40,766 nt of DNA from Actinomycetes bacterium (GTDB taxonomy: Bacteria > Actinomycetota > Actinomycetes > Propionibacteriales > Nocardioidaceae), in contig JAEZKN010000152.1 of the NCBI GenBank assembly GCA_023415395.1, forward strand, positions 1-40,766, written 5' to 3'. Numbering within the stretch: position 1 is the first letter of the stretch; every line of letters starts with the position of its first letter. Of this stretch, positions 38,279 to 40,766 are shown piece after piece. The notes below the pieces were generated by a model. That model saw only the letters and a list, made by a program, of their open reading frames with translations. It made no database searches and was not told the DNA's origin. The translations under genes and the position numbers were made by a program.

Positions 38279-39445
38279 TCAGTACATCCCCGGGTCGACC
38301 TTGTGCCCGAACTCGTGGGCACCGAACATCTGCAGCGCCCGCTCCGGGTCGTTCGCGGCGTGCACCCGCCCGGCGTGCGCGTCGCGCCACGCGCGCTGGA
38401 GGTAGGTGCCGGTCGCCAGCGCCCGGCCCCCGGAGGCCTCGAAGAGTGAGTCGATGGCGTCGATCGCGCGCTGGGTGCCGAGCACCTGGTCGCGCCGGAC
38501 CTTGAGCCGCAGCTGGAGCGGGATCTTCTCGCCGCGGGCCACGCAGGCCTGCTCCTCGCGGATGTTGTTGACCAGCAGCGCCCAGGCGGCGTCGATCTCC
38601 GAGGACGCCCTCGCGATGCGCACGGCCGAGAACGGGTCCAGCGACGCCTTCTCGCCGAGGTACGCCGCACGCACCCGCTTCTGCTGCATCTCCACGTGCT
38701 CGGCGTAGGCGCCGGTGGCCATGCCGATGATCGGCGTGGTGATCGTGCCGGTGAAGATCGAGTGGAACGGCAGCTTGTAGAGGTCGGAGGTGTTCTGCTC
38801 CTGGCCGGGGCCGTAGCAGCGGCCGGTGTCGCCCATGGAGAGCGTGAACGCCTCGGGGACGAAGACGTCCTCGACCACGATGTCGTTGGAGCCGGTGCCG
38901 GCCAGCCCGACGACGTTCCACACGTCGACGATCGTGTAGCTCTCCCGGGGCACCAGGAAGGTGCGGAAGTCGACCACGTTGCCGTCGGCGTCGAACACCA
39001 GGCCGCCGAGCAGCACCCAGCTGCAGTGGTCGCAGCCGGAGGAGAAGCTCCACTTGCCCGACAGCGTGAAGCCGCCCTCGGCGACTACCGCCTTGCCGGT
39101 CGGCGCGTAGGAGGAGCTCAGCCGGGTCGTGGTGTCGTCGCCCCACACCGCCTGCTGCGCCTCGTCGGGGAACAGCGCGACCTGCCACGGGTGCACCCCC
39201 ACCACGCTGGAGACCCAGCCGGTCGAGCCACAGGCGCTGGCGATGTCGCGGACCGCGGTGTAGAAGTCCACGGGGTCGGCCTCGAAGCCGTCGAACCGAC
39301 GGGGCTGGAGCAGCCGGAAGAACCCGACCTCCTCCAGCTCCTTCACCGAAGCCTCGGGCACCACGCGAAGTCGCTCGGCCTCGTCGGCCCGCTCCCGGAA
39401 GCCAGGGAGCAGGTCACGGACGCCGTCGAGAACAGCCTGGGACAT
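38279..39445 (-). CDS. hsaA: 3-HSA 4-hydroxylase oxygenase HsaA
   Basis: ACGSTGWVSS..GVHPW, SSSYAP, WSFSSGCDH, WRDAHAGRVHAAN; AGGAG RBS. Confidence 0.93.
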   Translation of the reverse strand: MSQAVLDGVRDLLPGFRERADEAERLRVVPEASVKELEEVGFFRLLQPRRFDGFEADPVDFYTAVRDIASACGSTGWVSSVVGVHPWQVALFPDEAQQAVWGDDTTTRLSSSYAPTGKAVVAEGGFTLSGKWSFSSGCDHCSWVLLGGLVFDADGNVVDFRTFLVPRESYTIVDVWNVVGLAGTGSNDIVVEDVFVPEAFTLSMGDTGRCYGPGQEQNTSDLYKLPFHSIFTGTITTPIIGMATGAYAEHVEMQQKRVRAAYLGEKASLDPFSAVRIARASSEIDAAWALLVNNIREEQACVARGEKIPLQLRLKVRRDQVLGTQRAIDAIDSLFEASGGRALATGTYLQRAWRDAHAGRVHAANDPERALQMFGAHEFGHKVDPGMY

Positions 39446-39481
39446 CGCATCTCCTGTCACGTGTACGGACACCAGCGATAC

Positions 39482-39495
39482 TAGAACACGTTCTC
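39482..39495. promoter_or_regulatory. KstR operator upstream of hsaA
   Basis: TAGAACACGTTCTC, overlapping the minus-strand -10 TAGTAT. Confidence 0.85.
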
Positions 39496-39588
39496 GTTTT
39501 GAACCAGCGGGAACCCCCGGCGCCGCGTGAATGTCGGGTGACGTCCACGTGACGTCGACCGGGTTGTCCGGCCTGAGAGGGTGGCGAC

Positions 39589-40086
39589 GTGGAGGTCCTG
39601 CCCGACATCGTGGCCGCGGAGCCCGTGATCGTCTTCTGCGGACTGGCCGGCGCTGCGAGCACCAAGCTGCGCGACCACTACTACGAGACACCGGGCAACA
39701 GCTTCTGGGAGTCGCTGCACCTCAGCGGTCTCTCGCCGCGCCGTCTGCGGCCCGACGAGGACGCGGTCGTCGCCGACCTCGGCCTGGGGCTCACCGACCT
39801 GGTCGGCCACTGGGACCCGCGCTGGGTGGAGATCGACGCGCTCGTGGAGAAGCTCGAGCGCTGGCAGCCGGAGTGGCTGGCCTTCACCAGCAAGGGAGTC
39901 GCGCACGAGGCGGCCCGCGCGGTCGGGGTCCGCAAGCCGGGCCTGGGGCCGGCCGACTGGTTCCTCGGACCGGCGCAGGTCTTCGTGCTGCCGGGCGTCA
40001 GCGGGGCCAACCAGCGCAAGGACTACGACGGCCGCCCGAACCGGCTCTCGTGGTGGCGCGACCTGGCTGCCATGGCCGGGCACTAG
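39589..40086 (+). CDS. Mug/TDG-like uracil-DNA glycosylase superfamily protein with an atypical catalytic motif
   Basis: LPDI..VFCG..HYY..PGN.FW..LH.SG, GLGLTDLV, FVLP..SG.N. Confidence 0.8.
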   Translation: MEVLPDIVAAEPVIVFCGLAGAASTKLRDHYYETPGNSFWESLHLSGLSPRRLRPDEDAVVADLGLGLTDLVGHWDPRWVEIDALVEKLERWQPEWLAFTSKGVAHEAARAVGVRKPGLGPADWFLGPAQVFVLPGVSGANQRKDYDGRPNRLSWWRDLAAMAGH

Positions 40087-40766
40087 CGCGGGCGGGCGAA
40101 GGCGCGGGTGCGCCGAAGGAAGCCGGCGACCCCGAGCGGCGAGGTCGCCGCCGGCCAGGCGTCGGCGCGGAACCACGCGTCGGTGCCGCCGTCGACGTAG
40201 ACCACGCTGCCGCACAGGAAGTCCGCCGCCGGCGACAGCATGAAGACGACCCAGTCCGCGATGTGGCCGGGGTCGCCGTAGCCGCCGGTCGGCACCGGGA
40301 AGGTCTCGATCCGGCGCCGGTCCGGTCCGTCGAGCTGGGCCTGCAGCAGCGGCGTCATGATCGCGCCGGGGGCGATGACGTTGAGGCGGATGCCGCTGCC
40401 GGCCCACGCCCGGCCGACCGCGGTGCGACGCACCCACCGGGTCAGCGCGAGCTTGGAGGCGGCGTAGACGAAGGCGGGCGCGTTGCGGCGGCCGAGCACC
40501 CGGAGCACCCGGGCGCGCGTGCCGGGACGGTCGCGCAGGAACGACCGCACCAACAGGCGCGGGATGGCCGGCGTGACGCTGGCGGAGTTGGAGCCGACGA
40601 CCACGACCTTGCTCGACTCGCCGGACTCGGTCGCGCCGGCCGCCAGCGCGTCGCGCCACGCGCCGAGCAGCTCGACCGGAGCGACGTAGTTGACCTCCGC
40701 GATCGTGGCCTCCAAGCCGGCCGTCGGCCCGAGCCCGGCCGCCAGCACGGCGCCGTGGAGGACGCC
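40083..40766 (-). CDS. SDR oxidoreductase, 3-alpha-hydroxysteroid dehydrogenase-like (5' end outside the window)
   Basis: VNY, YAASK, GIRLNVIAPGAIMTPL, FLCGSVVYVDGGTDA; the frame stays open to the window edge. Confidence 0.8.
   Translation of the reverse strand, partial: GVLHGAVLAAGLGPTAGLEATIAEVNYVAPVELLGAWRDALAAGATESGESSKVVVVGSNSASVTPAIPRLLVRSFLRDRPGTRARVLRVLGRRNAPAFVYAASKLALTRWVRRTAVGRAWAGSGIRLNVIAPGAIMTPLLQAQLDGPDRRRIETFPVPTGGYGDPGHIADWVVFMLSPAADFLCGSVVYVDGGTDAWFRADAWPAATSPLGVAGFLRRTRAFARPR

Overview
High-GC actinobacterial chromosomal window (Nocardioides-like; the genus is inferred from gene content, not proven). It is dominated by a sterol catabolism cluster. The KstR-type genes are fadD8, an Rv3520c-like F420 LLM oxidoreductase, DUF35-ltp4-ltp3, cyp125, fadA5 and hsaADCB, with five KstR operators. 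The KstR2 C/D-ring block comprises two SDRs, echA20, ipdABC, fadA6, kstR2, ipdF, fadE30, fadD3 and fadE31-33, with two 18-bp KstR2 operators. Unrelated cassettes are interspersed: sugar ABC SBP, DUF2975/XRE, TetR/EamA, Bcr MFS, PopR-like regulator with a clpP pair, AKR/map, GNAT, MarR, TerD and a Mug-like glycosylase. Most notable signals: (1) an AbiEi-wHTH/DUF559-like nuclease gene with no transposase or toxin partner, enclosed by 82-bp inverted repeats built from nested hairpins, a candidate uncharacterised mobile element; (2) a 42-bp REP-like hairpin present in the same reading frame inside two unrelated enzymes, tandemly expanded in one; (3) an orphan 94-bp MITE/REPIN-like hairpin; (4) an unannotated 34-aa leaderless acidic peptide gene; (5) a PopR-type tandem operator inside the AKR gene upstream of the clpP pair; (6) an 8-codon relay ORF linking echA20 to ipdA. 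All family calls come from motif recognition and memory; no database search was run.
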